64,000 nt of DNA, from the NCBI GenBank assembly GCA_964248365.1, contig CAXTYC010000027.1, forward strand, positions 1 through 64,000, in the 5' to 3' direction. This DNA is from an uncultured Chroococcidiopsis sp. GTDB taxonomy: Bacteria > Cyanobacteriota > Cyanobacteriia > Cyanobacteriales > Chroococcidiopsidaceae. Both the position numbers and the translations under genes were made by a program. Each line of letters starts with the position of its first letter. The stretch's first letter is position 1. Below, piece after piece: positions 1-10,849 of this stretch. Below the pieces are notes generated by a model. It saw nothing but the letters and a program-made list of their open reading frames with translations, had not been told where the DNA came from and searched no databases.

Positions 1-140
1 GGCGCTTTATTAATCTAGCAATCTTTTTTTTGTTTTGTCAACTGGTTTGGAAAAATTTTTTTTTGTTGGCTCAAACCTTTTGTGTGTGGAGAGTTTAAGC
101 GACAATGACATATGCATTGTGCTACGGAGGAAAAAAATTC

Positions 141-1058
141 GTGAACTTTCAATCGGTGATTGCAGTATTGCATCAGTTCTGGGGCGAGCGTGGTTGTCTG
201 ATTGCTCAGCCCTACGATATTGAGAAAGGGGCAGGCACTAAGAACCCCCATACTTTTTTAAGGGCGTTGGGACCAGAGCCTTGGGCAGTCGCTTATGTTG
301 AGCCTTGTCGTCGTCCCACAGATGGACGTTACGGCGAAAATCCCAATCGATTCCAGTACTATTACCAGTACCAAGTTTTAATCAAGCCATCGCCCCAGAA
401 TATTCAGGGTATATATTTAGATTCTCTCAGAGCTTTGGGCATTCATCCTGAAGATCACGATATCCGGTTTGTGGAGGACAATTGGGAAGATGCTACTGTG
501 GGCGCTTGGGGTACTGGTTGGGAAGTTTGGCTAGATGGAATGGAAATTACCCAATTTACCTATTTTCAACAGTGTGGGGGAATTGATTGCCGTCCTGTCT
601 CGATAGAAATTACGTACGGGTTAGAGCGACTAGCTATGTATCTACAGGGAGTAGAGGCAATTACCAAAATTCACTGGACAGATGATATTACTTATGGAGA
701 TGTTCACCTGCAAGGTGAGATTGAACAGTGTATCTATAACTTTGAAGCCTCTAACCCAGATATGTTGCAGACGCTGTTTAGCCTTTACGAGCACGAGGCT
801 GAACAAGTGACTGGGCGGGGACTAGTTTTGCCTAGCTTGGATTATGTTTTGAAGTGTTCACATACTTTTAACTTGCTTGATGCTAGGGGAGTAATTTCTG
901 TAACGGAAAGAACTCGTTATATTGGTAGAATTCGGCATTTGGCAAGGAAGGTTGCTCAACTATACCTGCAACAAAGGGAAGCGTTAGGGTTTCCACTGCT
1001 ACCGAAAACAGAAACGCTTTCATCAGCTTCAGCAGGAGAAAACCCAACTGATGAATAA
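141..1058 (+). CDS. glyQ: Glycine--tRNA ligase alpha subunit
   Basis: Motifs [40 protein letters not shown] and EITYGLERL. The GTG start at 141 follows GGAGG; the ORF track starts at 105. Confidence 0.97.
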   Translation: MNFQSVIAVLHQFWGERGCLIAQPYDIEKGAGTKNPHTFLRALGPEPWAVAYVEPCRRPTDGRYGENPNRFQYYYQYQVLIKPSPQNIQGIYLDSLRALGIHPEDHDIRFVEDNWEDATVGAWGTGWEVWLDGMEITQFTYFQQCGGIDCRPVSIEITYGLERLAMYLQGVEAITKIHWTDDITYGDVHLQGEIEQCIYNFEASNPDMLQTLFSLYEHEAEQVTGRGLVLPSLDYVLKCSHTFNLLDARGVISVTERTRYIGRIRHLARKVAQLYLQQREALGFPLLPKTETLSSASAGENPTDE

Positions 1059-1530
1059 TATCAGAGAGTTATTAGAACCTTTCGCCGCATGGTTTCGCAC
1101 TCTAGGAATTCCTGAACCGATTGTACATTGGGGACATCCCGTAATGATGGCGATCGTGGTTTTTGTCATGGGTAGTTTTGTGGGGCTTGCTGGTTGGCGT
1201 GGCAGGAATGTAAAAGATAAAGATATTGCCAGTAAAAGTTTGAGCAGCCACGCGAAATTAGCGCCTTGGATGTTCTTGTTCATGGCGGCTGGTTACACTG
1301 GCGGTGTGTTATCTCTGGTAATGCAGGATCAGCCTATCTTGGAAAGCCCTCACTTTTGGACTGGTTCAATTGTGCTGTTACTATTGGTGATTAATGGGGT
1401 AATGGCGTTAACTGGCTTTGGTAGCAATAAAGCTACTTTACGCACGGTTCATGCTTATCTGGGAAGTACTGCGCTTTGCCTTTTATTCCTCCATGCGGTA
1501 TTAGGCTTAAAACTGGGTTTGGCAATTTAA
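1051..1530 (+). CDS. DUF4079-type membrane protein (cytochrome b561-like, His-containing helices)
   Basis: WGHP and SPHFWTG motifs, about 4 TM helices; overlaps the glyQ stop. Confidence 0.75.
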   Translation: MNNIRELLEPFAAWFRTLGIPEPIVHWGHPVMMAIVVFVMGSFVGLAGWRGRNVKDKDIASKSLSSHAKLAPWMFLFMAAGYTGGVLSLVMQDQPILESPHFWTGSIVLLLLVINGVMALTGFGSNKATLRTVHAYLGSTALCLLFLHAVLGLKLGLAI

Positions 1531-1591
1531 ACTTTCACAGTTGTATTTGGGAATAATTTAAGTGAAAAGTATATTTATATAAAACCAACCT

Positions 1592-2494
1592 ATGCAAGGG
1601 GAACCACTATCTAGAACAGCTAGGCTTGCCGTACTGATTGATGCTGATAATGCTGATGCAAGCCTAGTTGAACCTTTACTAAAAGAAATTGCAAATTACG
1701 GTACTGCTTACCTAAAACGAATTTATGGTGATTGGTCGGGGACTCAACTTAGTGGCTGGAAAGACAAGCTGCTTAAATTTGCCATTCAACCAATACAGCA
1801 ATTTAGTTACACATCAGGCAAAAATTCGACTGATATTGCATTAATCATTGATGCAATGGATTTGCTTTATACTAACAATTTTGATGGTTTTTGTATTATT
1901 TCTAGTGATAGTGATTTTACTAGACTAGCTTATAGAATTAGAGAATCTGGCTTGCGTGTGTATGGTTTTGGTGAAAAGAAGACTCCAAAATCTTTCGTTA
2001 AAGCTTGTGACATATTTACTTATACAGAAGCATTAAAAGATGTAGAAGAAAAAGAAACACAATGTTTGGTTGCTTTATCAGTAAAAGAGGATAAATCACC
2101 TAATAAAAATGGTCAAAAACAATCAGAAGCATTAAAAGATGTAGAAGAAAAAGAAACACAATATTTGGTTGCTTTATCAGTAAAAGAGGATAAATCACCT
2201 AATAAAAATGGTCAAAAACAATCAGAAAAAACTCAAATTGAATCAAAGTTTGATAAAAAGTTATTAATTTTAGTTAAAAATGCTTATGCTGCTATAGCAA
2301 CAGAAGATGGATGGGCTAGTTTAGGACAACTGGGAAATCAGCTTAAACAACTATCTTCTTCTTTTAATTGTAAAAGCTATGGTTACAATCAACTAGGAAA
2401 ATTAATCCGAGCTATGGATATATTTGAATTTAAGGAGTTACCCAATAAAAAAGCGCCGACAGTGAAAGACTTATATATGAAATTGAAAGTTTGA
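1592..2494 (+). CDS. NYN (LabA/DUF88, PIN-like) domain protein with C-terminal OST-HTH/LOTUS domain
   Basis: LIDADN, GKNSTDIALIIDAMD and SSDSDF motifs; C-terminal GWASLGQLG...YGY..L..LI. Confidence 0.9.
   Translation: MQGEPLSRTARLAVLIDADNADASLVEPLLKEIANYGTAYLKRIYGDWSGTQLSGWKDKLLKFAIQPIQQFSYTSGKNSTDIALIIDAMDLLYTNNFDGFCIISSDSDFTRLAYRIRESGLRVYGFGEKKTPKSFVKACDIFTYTEALKDVEEKETQCLVALSVKEDKSPNKNGQKQSEALKDVEEKETQYLVALSVKEDKSPNKNGQKQSEKTQIESKFDKKLLILVKNAYAAIATEDGWASLGQLGNQLKQLSSSFNCKSYGYNQLGKLIRAMDIFEFKELPNKKAPTVKDLYMKLKV
2025..2227 (+). repeat. 99-bp (33-aa) in-frame tandem duplication within the NYN gene
   Basis: EALKDVEEKETQ(C/Y)LVALSVKEDKSPNKNGQKQS occurs twice with a single nucleotide difference. 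Confidence 0.95.
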
Positions 2495-2506
2495 GAAAAA
2501 GTTTTA

Positions 2507-4798
2507 ATGGCTCTAACAAGTGGTGTCATTCTTTGTATTGCTTACATTTTAGGTTTGCTATCGACGGCTGTTACTTGGGGAAGATATGGAGTAATAGGTT
2601 TAGGAATAGCAGCAGCAGTTTTAGGATACTTTGGCAAACAAAACACAGCCAGGAGGCAAGCTCCACCAAGTTACAGAAATAAATTACCCAACAGTTTTTG
2701 GCTAATTAAGCCGCAATTATGGTTGTTGGCTGGAGGAATTGGGTTTGTAGCAACTATATATTTTCAATTAAGGATACCACAACCAGGAATAAATGATGTT
2801 AGCAGGTTTATTACGTCTGTTGATCGCGGGGAAGAAATTAGTGTTCAAGGTAAGGTTGCAAGTACGCCTCATTTAACTAGAAATCAACGAGAGCAATTTT
2901 GGTTAGAAGCAACTGGACTAGATATTGCAAATGTACGTAAAAAAGTTACGGGTAAATTATATGTGACTGTGCCTTTACTTCAGGCTACTGGTTTACATGA
3001 AGGGGAAGCGATCGCAGTTACTGGCATTTTGTACAAACCTAAATCTGCATCTAATCCTGGTGGATTTGATTTTCAGGCTTATTTAGCCCAAGAAGGTAGT
3101 TTTGCTGGTTTAAAGGGGCGCGAAATTAGTTTACTTGGCACAAGTAGCAAATGGGGATGGTGGGCGATTAGGCAAAGAATTATTCACTCTCAAGCACGTT
3201 GGTTAGATGTTCCTGAAGCACCGCTTATCAGTGCAATGGTACTGGGAAATAGAGTAATTGATTTGCCATTCTATATCAGTGATTCATTTTTGGGAGTTGG
3301 TTTAGCTCATGCTCTAGCTGCATCTGGCTTTCAAGTATCTTTGATTCTTGGTGTAATATTAACTATAACAAGACGTTTTTCTAGTCGCGTTCAGTTTTGT
3401 TTTGGAATTACAGCACTGCTAATATTTGTAGGTTTAACAGGACCTCAACCTTCGGTTTTAAGAGCGGTTTTGATGGGAATTGGCGTTTTAACTGCTTTGG
3501 TATTGCAGCGGAAAGTTAAGCCTTTGGGGTTACTACTGGTAGCTGGTACTATTTTATTGATAGTTAATCCGATTTGGATTTGGAATTTAGGGTTTGAATT
3601 TAGCTTTTTAGCGACACTGGGATTAGTGGTTACAGTGCCAGGTTTGATGAAAAGATTAGACTGGATGCCACCTGCGATAGCTACTTTAATCGCTGTACCA
3701 ATTGCAGCTTATATATGGACGTTACCGCTACAAATATACAACTTTGGCTTGGTATCTCCCTATAGCATTTTAGTAAATATTATTACTACTATTCCTATTT
3801 CTATTATCAGTCTTGGTGCTTTTATTAGTGCGATCGCTGCTCTAATTTTACCCAGCTTGGGTAGCGCTATAGCATGGCTGTTATATTACCCAACACACGG
3901 ACTAATTGCGATTATAGATTTTTTTAGTCATCTACCAGGCGGGGCGGTAGCATTAGGGACAATTTCTGCAATTCAGTTAATTACAATTTATAGTTTAATC
4001 GGTTTAGTTTGTATTCAAAAATGGTGGCAACAGCGGTGGTGGTTTGCTAGTTTAATGGCAATGGGGTTGGTAGTAATTCCAGTGTGGCAAATCCAAAAGT
4101 CAATTTTGCGTGTAACTGCTTTGGCGGCTGGAAAAGAACCTGTTTTGGTGATACAAGACAAAGGGAAAGTACTGTTAGTTAATAGTGGAGATGAAAATAA
4201 TGCTCGGTTTACAGTACTGCCTTTTTTACAACAGCAGGGTGTGAATCAAATTGATTGGGCGATCGCTACGAATTCTCTATCTGATGATGATTGGTTAGAA
4301 ATATTACAACACTTATCCGTCAAAAATTTTTATACTTGTTCTAACCAACAGGAATATTCAATAGTTCAAAGTGTAGTGCGATCGCACAGAGGTATCTACC
4401 AGCATTTAGGTGCTAGTCAAAAGGTAGCAACTGGTTCTACATCCGTTGAAATAGCCAACAATCAAATACCAACGTTGCAATTGCAAATTCAAGGTCAAAC
4501 TTGGCTAATGTTGGGGAAAGTTAAGCCGGATGAGCAAAAACAGTTAGCCTTATCCAGAAAACTACCAGGCGCTCAAGTGCTTTTATGGTCTGGAGAGTCT
4601 TTAGAGCCTGATTTAGTCAAGGCAGTACAACCAAAAGTAGCGATCGCCTCTTCTCCTAGAATTGACCGAGATACGATGTCTACGTTGCGTCAAGGCAAGG
4701 TTAAGGTGTTCTTGACAGGACGGGATGGGGCTGTGCAATGGACTCCTAATGGTATCGAGCCAATAGAAACAATAGAAGAAAAAGCGTCTGCGTTGTGA
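2507..4798 (+). CDS. comEC: ComEC/Rec2 competence DNA-uptake channel
   Basis: NPGGFDF, LAHALAASGFQV, PSVLRA and GFEFSFLAT motifs; degenerate C-terminal beta-lactamase-like domain. Confidence 0.92.
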   Translation: MALTSGVILCIAYILGLLSTAVTWGRYGVIGLGIAAAVLGYFGKQNTARRQAPPSYRNKLPNSFWLIKPQLWLLAGGIGFVATIYFQLRIPQPGINDVSRFITSVDRGEEISVQGKVASTPHLTRNQREQFWLEATGLDIANVRKKVTGKLYVTVPLLQATGLHEGEAIAVTGILYKPKSASNPGGFDFQAYLAQEGSFAGLKGREISLLGTSSKWGWWAIRQRIIHSQARWLDVPEAPLISAMVLGNRVIDLPFYISDSFLGVGLAHALAASGFQVSLILGVILTITRRFSSRVQFCFGITALLIFVGLTGPQPSVLRAVLMGIGVLTALVLQRKVKPLGLLLVAGTILLIVNPIWIWNLGFEFSFLATLGLVVTVPGLMKRLDWMPPAIATLIAVPIAAYIWTLPLQIYNFGLVSPYSILVNIITTIPISIISLGAFISAIAALILPSLGSAIAWLLYYPTHGLIAIIDFFSHLPGGAVALGTISAIQLITIYSLIGLVCIQKWWQQRWWFASLMAMGLVVIPVWQIQKSILRVTALAAGKEPVLVIQDKGKVLLVNSGDENNARFTVLPFLQQQGVNQIDWAIATNSLSDDDWLEILQHLSVKNFYTCSNQQEYSIVQSVVRSHRGIYQHLGASQKVATGSTSVEIANNQIPTLQLQIQGQTWLMLGKVKPDEQKQLALSRKLPGAQVLLWSGESLEPDLVKAVQPKVAIASSPRIDRDTMSTLRQGKVKVFLTGRDGAVQWTPNGIEPIETIEEKASAL

Positions 4799-4852
4799 AA
4801 AATCAGCAAATCAATGGTATTATTAATCAAAATGGGATACATATCCTCTTTT

Positions 4853-4939
4853 GGAGAGGTGGCAGAGTGGTTGAATGCGGCTGACTCGAAATCAGCTTTG
4901 GGGTAACACCCAACGGAGGTTCAAATCCTCTCCTCTCCG
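4853..4939 (+). tRNA. trnS: tRNA-Ser(CGA)
   Basis: Acceptor stem GGAGAGG/CCTCTCC with discriminator G; anticodon arm GCTGA-CT-CGA-AA-TCAGC; long variable arm; GGTTCAAATCC T-loop; CCA not encoded. Confidence 0.96.
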
Positions 4940-5065
4940 TTATCTAATATATGTTTTATTAGTGGTGGGTAGCGATCAAACGTGTATTTTAAGTCAGATG
5001 TAAAGTATGGGCAGATGCCGATATATATTTTAAGTGTACAATTTTTACAGAAATTGCTTACTTAA

Positions 5066-5446
5066 TTGGCAACTGATAAAAATATGCATAAAATCTCAGA
5101 GTCTACTGTGCAGTTAGCACAGGCACACGCTAGAAAAGCGCAGAAACATGGCAAGTCAATAGAAGTGTGTGGTAAGGCTTTACAGCAGCGCAACTCCTCT
5201 GCACAAGAATACGGTCATTTTATTGAGGAGTACGGGAAGACTGTACAGGACTATGCACAACAATTACTTATGTATATGCACTTGGGCGGGGGCTATATAT
5301 TTATTGAAACAGAGTTATACGTAGAGGCTGTACAAGCGCACGTTAATGCAACACAAGCACATATTCAGGCAATTAATATGTATACACGATTAATGCGTCA
5401 AGAGCTAAAGGAACGCACTAAACGTGTAACTAAATCACTATCCTAA
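5066..5446 (+). CDS. Hypothetical helical protein rich in Ala/Gln/His
   Basis: 126-aa ORF filling the gap between the tRNA and livF; start uncertain. Confidence 0.55.
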   Translation: MATDKNMHKISESTVQLAQAHARKAQKHGKSIEVCGKALQQRNSSAQEYGHFIEEYGKTVQDYAQQLLMYMHLGGGYIFIETELYVEAVQAHVNATQAHIQAINMYTRLMRQELKERTKRVTKSLS

Positions 5447-6190
5447 ATAAGCCTTCTTAACGCGCTCGTCATTGAGTAGGTATGAGGCAAGTCCGGCGAG
5501 GGTGATGCAGCCAGCCTCAAGCACGTAGCCTCGATCAGCTATTTGAAGGGCAAGGTTGGCGTTTTGTTCGACTAAAAGAATTGTGACACCTGTAGCCTGG
5601 AGATTTTGAATAATTGAGAAAATTTCATGTACAATTGCAGGTGCAAGACCAAGGCTAGGTTCGTCTAAAAGCAAGAGTTTTGGTCTACTCATTAAAGCAC
5701 GAGCGATCGCTAACATTTGTTGTTCACCGCCGCTGAGTGTTCCAGCTAATTGCTGGCGGCGTTCTGCTAGACGGGGGAAAATTTCAAATTGCTGTTCAAT
5801 GTCAGCTTTGATAGATGCAGGGTTAGAACGGATATATGCTCCTAGCTGCAAATTGTCGAGAACTGTTTGCCGCCCTAATACTCTGCGTCCTTCTGGACAA
5901 TGGGCGATACCAAAGCGCACGACTTTATAAGCAGGGCAACGGGTAATGTTACGTCCGTTGTAGTGAATATAACCGCTGCGGAGTTTGAGCAAGCGAGAAA
6001 TTGCCTGTAGTGTAGTAGTTTTACCCGCACCGTTAGCACCAATTAGGGTGACTACTTCACCAGTTTTGACGGTTAGATCAACATTTTGTAAGGCTTGGAT
6101 ACCACCGTAGTTGACTGATAATTGCTGAACTTCTAGTAGTTGAGTAGAGTCAGATGCTTTTATATTCCTTGCTTGATCGGGAATAGCCAT
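5438..6190 (-). CDS. livF: Branched-chain/neutral amino acid ABC transporter ATPase (LivF-like)
   Basis: GANGAGKTT, PEGRR, LSGGEQQML and LLLDEPSLGLAP motifs. Confidence 0.93.
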   Translation of the reverse strand: MAIPDQARNIKASDSTQLLEVQQLSVNYGGIQALQNVDLTVKTGEVVTLIGANGAGKTTTLQAISRLLKLRSGYIHYNGRNITRCPAYKVVRFGIAHCPEGRRVLGRQTVLDNLQLGAYIRSNPASIKADIEQQFEIFPRLAERRQQLAGTLSGGEQQMLAIARALMSRPKLLLLDEPSLGLAPAIVHEIFSIIQNLQATGVTILLVEQNANLALQIADRGYVLEAGCITLAGLASYLLNDERVKKAYLG

Positions 6191-6969
6191 TATTCCGCCC
6201 CCAGATAAGCTTCAATTACAGCCGAATCGGTTCTGACTTGGGCTGGATTACCTAAAGCAATCAACTTACCAAAATTCAAAACAGCAATGCGATCACATAA
6301 ACCCATTACTAGCGGAACGTGATGTTCGATCAAGATTACAGTTAAGTTGAACTCGGTGGATACTTTGCGAATAAATTCACTTAGGGAATGCTTTTCATTG
6401 GGATTCATCCCAGCTGCTGGCTCGTCTAGCAGTAACACTTGAGGTTGAAGAGCTAACGCACGGGCAATTTCCAGCCTTCGTTGATCTCCGTAGGAGAAAT
6501 TTCGCGCTTTTTCGTCGAGGCGATCGCTCAAGCCGACTAAATCAAGTAGCTCTAAAGCCTTTTGCTTTGTTTTCAATTCTTCCATCGGAGCAGGTGGTAA
6601 GCCCAACACACCAGTTAGAACGTTGCTATTAGTATGAATATGCCGTGCAATAATCACGTTTTCCAGGGCGGAAAGATCGCCAAACAAGCGAATATTTTGA
6701 AATGTACGAGCAATCCCTTTGGCAGCGATTTGATGCGGACGAAGTTTGATAATATTATTGCCTTGATAAATTAAATTTCCACTAGAAGGCTGAAGCAAAC
6801 CTGTAATTATATTAAACAGCGTTGTTTTTCCAGCACCATTAGGACCAATTAGCCCAAAAATTTCATTATTGTTAACTGTGAAAGATACATTATTCACAGC
6901 AACTAAACCACCAAAACGGCGAGTGAGATCTTTAGCTTCTAGAATAGGACTGCCATTAGATGAAGTCAC
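6190..6969 (-). CDS. livG: ABC transporter ATPase (LivG-like)
   Basis: GPNGAGKTT, RTFQNIRLF, LLDEPAAG and V.EAYLG motifs. Confidence 0.93.
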   Translation of the reverse strand: MTSSNGSPILEAKDLTRRFGGLVAVNNVSFTVNNNEIFGLIGPNGAGKTTLFNIITGLLQPSSGNLIYQGNNIIKLRPHQIAAKGIARTFQNIRLFGDLSALENVIIARHIHTNSNVLTGVLGLPPAPMEELKTKQKALELLDLVGLSDRLDEKARNFSYGDQRRLEIARALALQPQVLLLDEPAAGMNPNEKHSLSEFIRKVSTEFNLTVILIEHHVPLVMGLCDRIAVLNFGKLIALGNPAQVRTDSAVIEAYLGAE

Positions 6970-7901
6970 GATGATTTTTCACCTCTCGCCTTTCGCCTTC
7001 TAAATAATTCTGGTGTTACCAAGCCTTGGGGGAAAAATATTGTTCCTACTACAATTAGCACTCCATAAATAATTAGACGACCATCACGGAGAAATTGAGC
7101 CAGAGCAACAGGTAAACCATTGGTATCTGCGATCGCCCGTAGCACTTCTGGCAATGCTGTAAATACCATACCTCCTAACACTGGTCCTAAAAAGCTTCTA
7201 GTTCCACCGATTAATACAAAAGTTAAGTAAATAATACTTGCATCAAAAGTGCCTTGACGAGTGTTCCAAGTATTGAGGAAGTGAGCGCTTATAGCACCAA
7301 CAATTCCGGCTAGAATTGCACTCAAAGTGAAAGCCAGAACTTTGTAGTAGGTAGGACTAATTCCCATTGCATCCGCAGCCAGTTCATCTCCACGAATTGC
7401 GGCGAAGGCTCGACCAACTCGAATTCGCTCTAGGCGGTAGAAGAAGAACATACTAAGTAAAAGCAAGGGTACAGCAATCCATAGATACTCGATTGGGGTT
7501 TGGAATGGTTGAGGAATGCCGAATATGCCTACTGCTCCACCTGTAATATCTAAGTTGAGGGAGATGACACGCAACACTTCAACAAATGCGATAGTAGCGA
7601 TCGCCAGGTAAATTCCTCGCAGCCGCAGTGCTGGAACTCCTACAATTACTCCCAACACTCCACACACTACGCCTGCAATAAGCATCTCTAATAGTAGTAG
7701 GGGAATGGGAAATAAACCTGTGGAGGATTTAAATACATTAGTAGATAAAATTGCGGCAATATACCCGCCCAAAGCATAAAAGCCAGGAGTTGCGAGAGAC
7801 AGTTGTCCAGCCATCAGCGGTAAGTACAGTGACAGCCCCAACATCGCCCCTAGTAACATAGAGACGAGGAGAAATCCGTAAGTATCGAAAAATCCAGCCA
7901 T
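6966..7901 (-). CDS. livM: ABC transporter permease (LivM-like)
   Basis: LRLRGIYLAIAT, GRAFAAIR.DELAA and PQGL motifs. Confidence 0.9.
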   Translation of the reverse strand: MAGFFDTYGFLLVSMLLGAMLGLSLYLPLMAGQLSLATPGFYALGGYIAAILSTNVFKSSTGLFPIPLLLLEMLIAGVVCGVLGVIVGVPALRLRGIYLAIATIAFVEVLRVISLNLDITGGAVGIFGIPQPFQTPIEYLWIAVPLLLLSMFFFYRLERIRVGRAFAAIRGDELAADAMGISPTYYKVLAFTLSAILAGIVGAISAHFLNTWNTRQGTFDASIIYLTFVLIGGTRSFLGPVLGGMVFTALPEVLRAIADTNGLPVALAQFLRDGRLIIYGVLIVVGTIFFPQGLVTPELFRRRKARGEKSS

Positions 7902-8031
7902 CTTTCTTAAATATGAAGTGTGAAGTATGAAGGAGTCAGGAGTCAGGAGTCAGGAGACAAAATATTAATTCTTTCCCGAGTCCTTTTTCCCTTTATCCTT
8001 CATCCTTCATCCTTTATCCTTTTTGCCTTTT

Positions 8032-8982
8032 TTACACCTTCTGGACAAAGCGACGACCGAGTAAACCTTGAGGTCGAACTAGAAGCATAATAAACAGTAT
8101 TCCAAAAGCAACGGCATCTTTATAGGCAGAGTATTGGGCGGGGACAAAAGCTTCTATGATGCCAATTACCAAACCACCTAGTACCGCACCAGGAATACTA
8201 CCCAAACCGCCTAGTACGATCACTGCTAAACCCTTCAAGCCAAAACCAATCCCGAAATATGGTCCAGCAATACTTACACTAGAGGCTACCAAAGTTCCGG
8301 CTAACCCCGCTAGGAAACTGCTGATGAAGAATGTTAGGACAATAAAGCGATCGGTGTTTATGCCCAGTAGACTTGCAGTAGTGGGATCTTCGGCTACAGC
8401 TTGCATTGCTTTACCGTACTTAGTGCGATTGATGAAATAAGTAAGGATTAATAGAATTACTACTGATACACAAAAAATTACCACTTGAACACTGCGAATT
8501 GGGACTGGTTGTGCTGCTGAACCAAAATTGATCGCAGCTGGCAAGTTACCGTAGGTGTTGGCTGGAAATGTGTAACTTTCTGCACCGACTAGATACTGAA
8601 TGAGATTGACAATTACCACTGCCACACCTAAGCTAGAAACAACTGTGAGCAGAGGATCGGAACCTTTACGGCGCAAAGGACGGAAGGCGATGCGCTCAAT
8701 TGCAACTCCAATTAATCCAGCAAGGGTACTTCCGACAATCAAGGCTAAAGCAAAAGGCAGTTGTACAGGTAGCGATGCATTAGCCAGCAATCCACTAAAA
8801 CCGAAAGCACCGCCCATCAGTGCATAGGTAAAGTAAGCACCAAGGGTAAAAATTGCACCATGAGCAAAATTAATAATGCCCAAGATGGAGAAGATTATAG
8901 TATATCCTAATGCAAAAATTGCATAGGCACTGCCTATGGACAAGCCATTCAAAAATTGTTGTAGAAACAGGGTTAAGTTCAT
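8032..8982 (-). CDS. livH: ABC transporter permease (LivH-like)
   Basis: INFAHG, GKAMQAVAED, VLGGLGSIPGA and RPQGLLG motifs. Confidence 0.92.
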   Translation of the reverse strand: MNLTLFLQQFLNGLSIGSAYAIFALGYTIIFSILGIINFAHGAIFTLGAYFTYALMGGAFGFSGLLANASLPVQLPFALALIVGSTLAGLIGVAIERIAFRPLRRKGSDPLLTVVSSLGVAVVIVNLIQYLVGAESYTFPANTYGNLPAAINFGSAAQPVPIRSVQVVIFCVSVVILLILTYFINRTKYGKAMQAVAEDPTTASLLGINTDRFIVLTFFISSFLAGLAGTLVASSVSIAGPYFGIGFGLKGLAVIVLGGLGSIPGAVLGGLVIGIIEAFVPAQYSAYKDAVAFGILFIMLLVRPQGLLGRRFVQKV

Positions 8983-9177
8983 AAAACACTGATTTTGTCA
9001 AGGCAGTTTGTGGTTGATATTTATGGAATAATGAACCGCCAAGGCGCAAAGGACGCAAAGTAAAGAGAGAAAATTTGCGTAAGTGCTGAGAGATTTATTT
9101 GAGAAAAAATTTGTTTTTGTAAAATACGCTTCTCCAAGGTTTTAAGTTGGAAATCTCGCCTATTGGTTTGGAAATGA

Positions 9178-10401
9178 TTATTTTAAAAACGCAAATTTGC
9201 CATCGTTTCCATTTGGTTCCATCTTAATTTGTGCAACGTAAAATTCTTTTTGGATGACCTCGCCTTCTGGCGTAAAGGCAATTTGACCTAATGGGGTTTC
9301 ATACTTCCCAGTTAGCAGTTGCTTGTTCAGTTCTGTACGCAGTTGAGGTAGTGGCAATTGGCTAATTTTGGTTTTTTGATCCAAAGCTTTGAGGGCTTCT
9401 ACATATACTTGAACAGCAGAAAAGGCTTGGGCGCTAAATTGTGGTGGTGCTTTCTTATATTGATTGGTATAAGTAGTGCGAAATACATTATTAATTTCGC
9501 TTGGATGAGCGGGGCTATAAGCTTGAGCAACTAGAACACCATCACACAGCGCTTTACAGACAGATAATACACTCGATGTATTGAGTCCATTTCCACCGAT
9601 GATTAAGCCTTTATAACCCAATTCACGCAATTGCCGCACCAAATTTCCTCCATCGGCAGATAATCCAGAAATAATTACTAAATCGGGTTTTAGGTTAATT
9701 GCATTAGTAGCTTGTGTCTGAAAGTCAGTATCAGTAGTTTGAAACTTTTGCACTGTTACCAGTTCCAATCCTTGATCCTTAACGGTTTGCTGAAAAATTT
9801 CTGTTTCAGATTTGTTAAAGGCATCGTTTTGAGCGTAAAAAACGGCAACTTTTTTGATATTTGGGTTGATTTTGAGTGCAGCTTTTACAGAATTTGGGGC
9901 AACAATTGAAACAGGCGCTGAGACACGAGCGATATAATCACCAATCTGAGGAATTCCTTTAGCGGTATTAGATGCTGCAACTACGGGAACTTTGGCACGT
10001 TCGGCGATGGGATCTGCACTAAAAGCTTGTTGGGATAGAGTGGGACCAATTATGCCGACAACTTTATTTTGATTGATTAAAGTCTGGAAAGCGTTGATTG
10101 CGCCTGCTTCATCACCGCCAGTATCTTGGAAGACTAATTTAATAGGAGTACCATTAATGCCACCTTTGTCATTAAAATACTTCTCGGCAATTTTGGCTCC
10201 AGCAACTCCTTCTTGACCGAGTAAGGCAACATTACTAGTTTGCGCGAAGGCAATACCGATGGGAATAGCGCTAGATGAATTTGTTGTTGCTGATGTATTA
10301 GTTGTAGTATTTATACCTGTGTTAGCTTTTCCACCGCAGGCTGATAGTAGCAAAGCAAAGGTAAAGAATAATGCAGAGGTACGAGCAGCAGAGGTTTTCA
10401 T
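9178..10401 (-). CDS. ABC transporter substrate-binding lipoprotein (LivK/LivJ-like)
   Basis: Lipobox LSAC, GGING.PIKLV..D and periplasmic-binding-protein pattern; ATG at 10401 is preferred. Confidence 0.9.
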   Translation of the reverse strand: MKTSAARTSALFFTFALLLSACGGKANTGINTTTNTSATTNSSSAIPIGIAFAQTSNVALLGQEGVAGAKIAEKYFNDKGGINGTPIKLVFQDTGGDEAGAINAFQTLINQNKVVGIIGPTLSQQAFSADPIAERAKVPVVAASNTAKGIPQIGDYIARVSAPVSIVAPNSVKAALKINPNIKKVAVFYAQNDAFNKSETEIFQQTVKDQGLELVTVQKFQTTDTDFQTQATNAINLKPDLVIISGLSADGGNLVRQLRELGYKGLIIGGNGLNTSSVLSVCKALCDGVLVAQAYSPAHPSEINNVFRTTYTNQYKKAPPQFSAQAFSAVQVYVEALKALDQKTKISQLPLPQLRTELNKQLLTGKYETPLGQIAFTPEGEVIQKEFYVAQIKMEPNGNDGKFAFLK

Positions 10402-10534
10402 AGGTGAGCAAAAAAACAATCTGTATTTGGGGAGATTTTACAATATCATGGGTGTCAGCTTATATAGCAGTAAGTAGATAGATTAGGACAAGTCAATTTA
10501 CTATAAGTTTTATTGTTGCAAGACTTTTTAACCT

Positions 10535-10612
10535 ACTCTCTACTCCAAAGCGAACTACTCCAAGACGAACTGCTATACTCTAAAACGAACTACTTCAAGA
10601 CGAACTGCTATA
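10535..10612 (+). repeat. Short degenerate tandem repeat (about 15 bp, GAACTACTCCAAGAC-like)
   Basis: About 5 imperfect copies with no spacers. Confidence 0.7.
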
Positions 10613-10770
10613 TATTGCACCTACCCGATGACCCGCCTGCAATTAATTTGCAAGCTAATAGCGAAAGTCCTCTAAGAGAGGACTGGCAAATATATTTAGT
10701 CCGCTTGAATAAATTTAAGCTGAAGCGGGGAAATTTATTTGCTGGTAGGAGCGTTAGTGCAAGATATGAA
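10608..10770. mobile_element. MITE-like element with internal REP-type hairpins
   Basis: Ends ATATATTGCAC ... GTGCAAGATAT; internal CCGCC-hairpin-CTAATAGC-hairpin module shared with 52556-52700. Confidence 0.6.
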
Positions 10771-10849
10771 TAATCATGCTTCGATGATGGTTACAAATAT
10801 GTGCGTTGGTGTTTTCTCTTGACTAGAGCCTAAATAACAGGAATTGGTG

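Noticed and set aside
4853..5446. Integrated island at tRNA-Ser
   Set aside because: No integrase and no duplicated tRNA 3' end were found in the window.
10513..10773. 86-aa ORF or CRISPR-like repeat
   Set aside because: It consists of a tandem repeat plus a MITE-like element, with no spacers and no protein signature.
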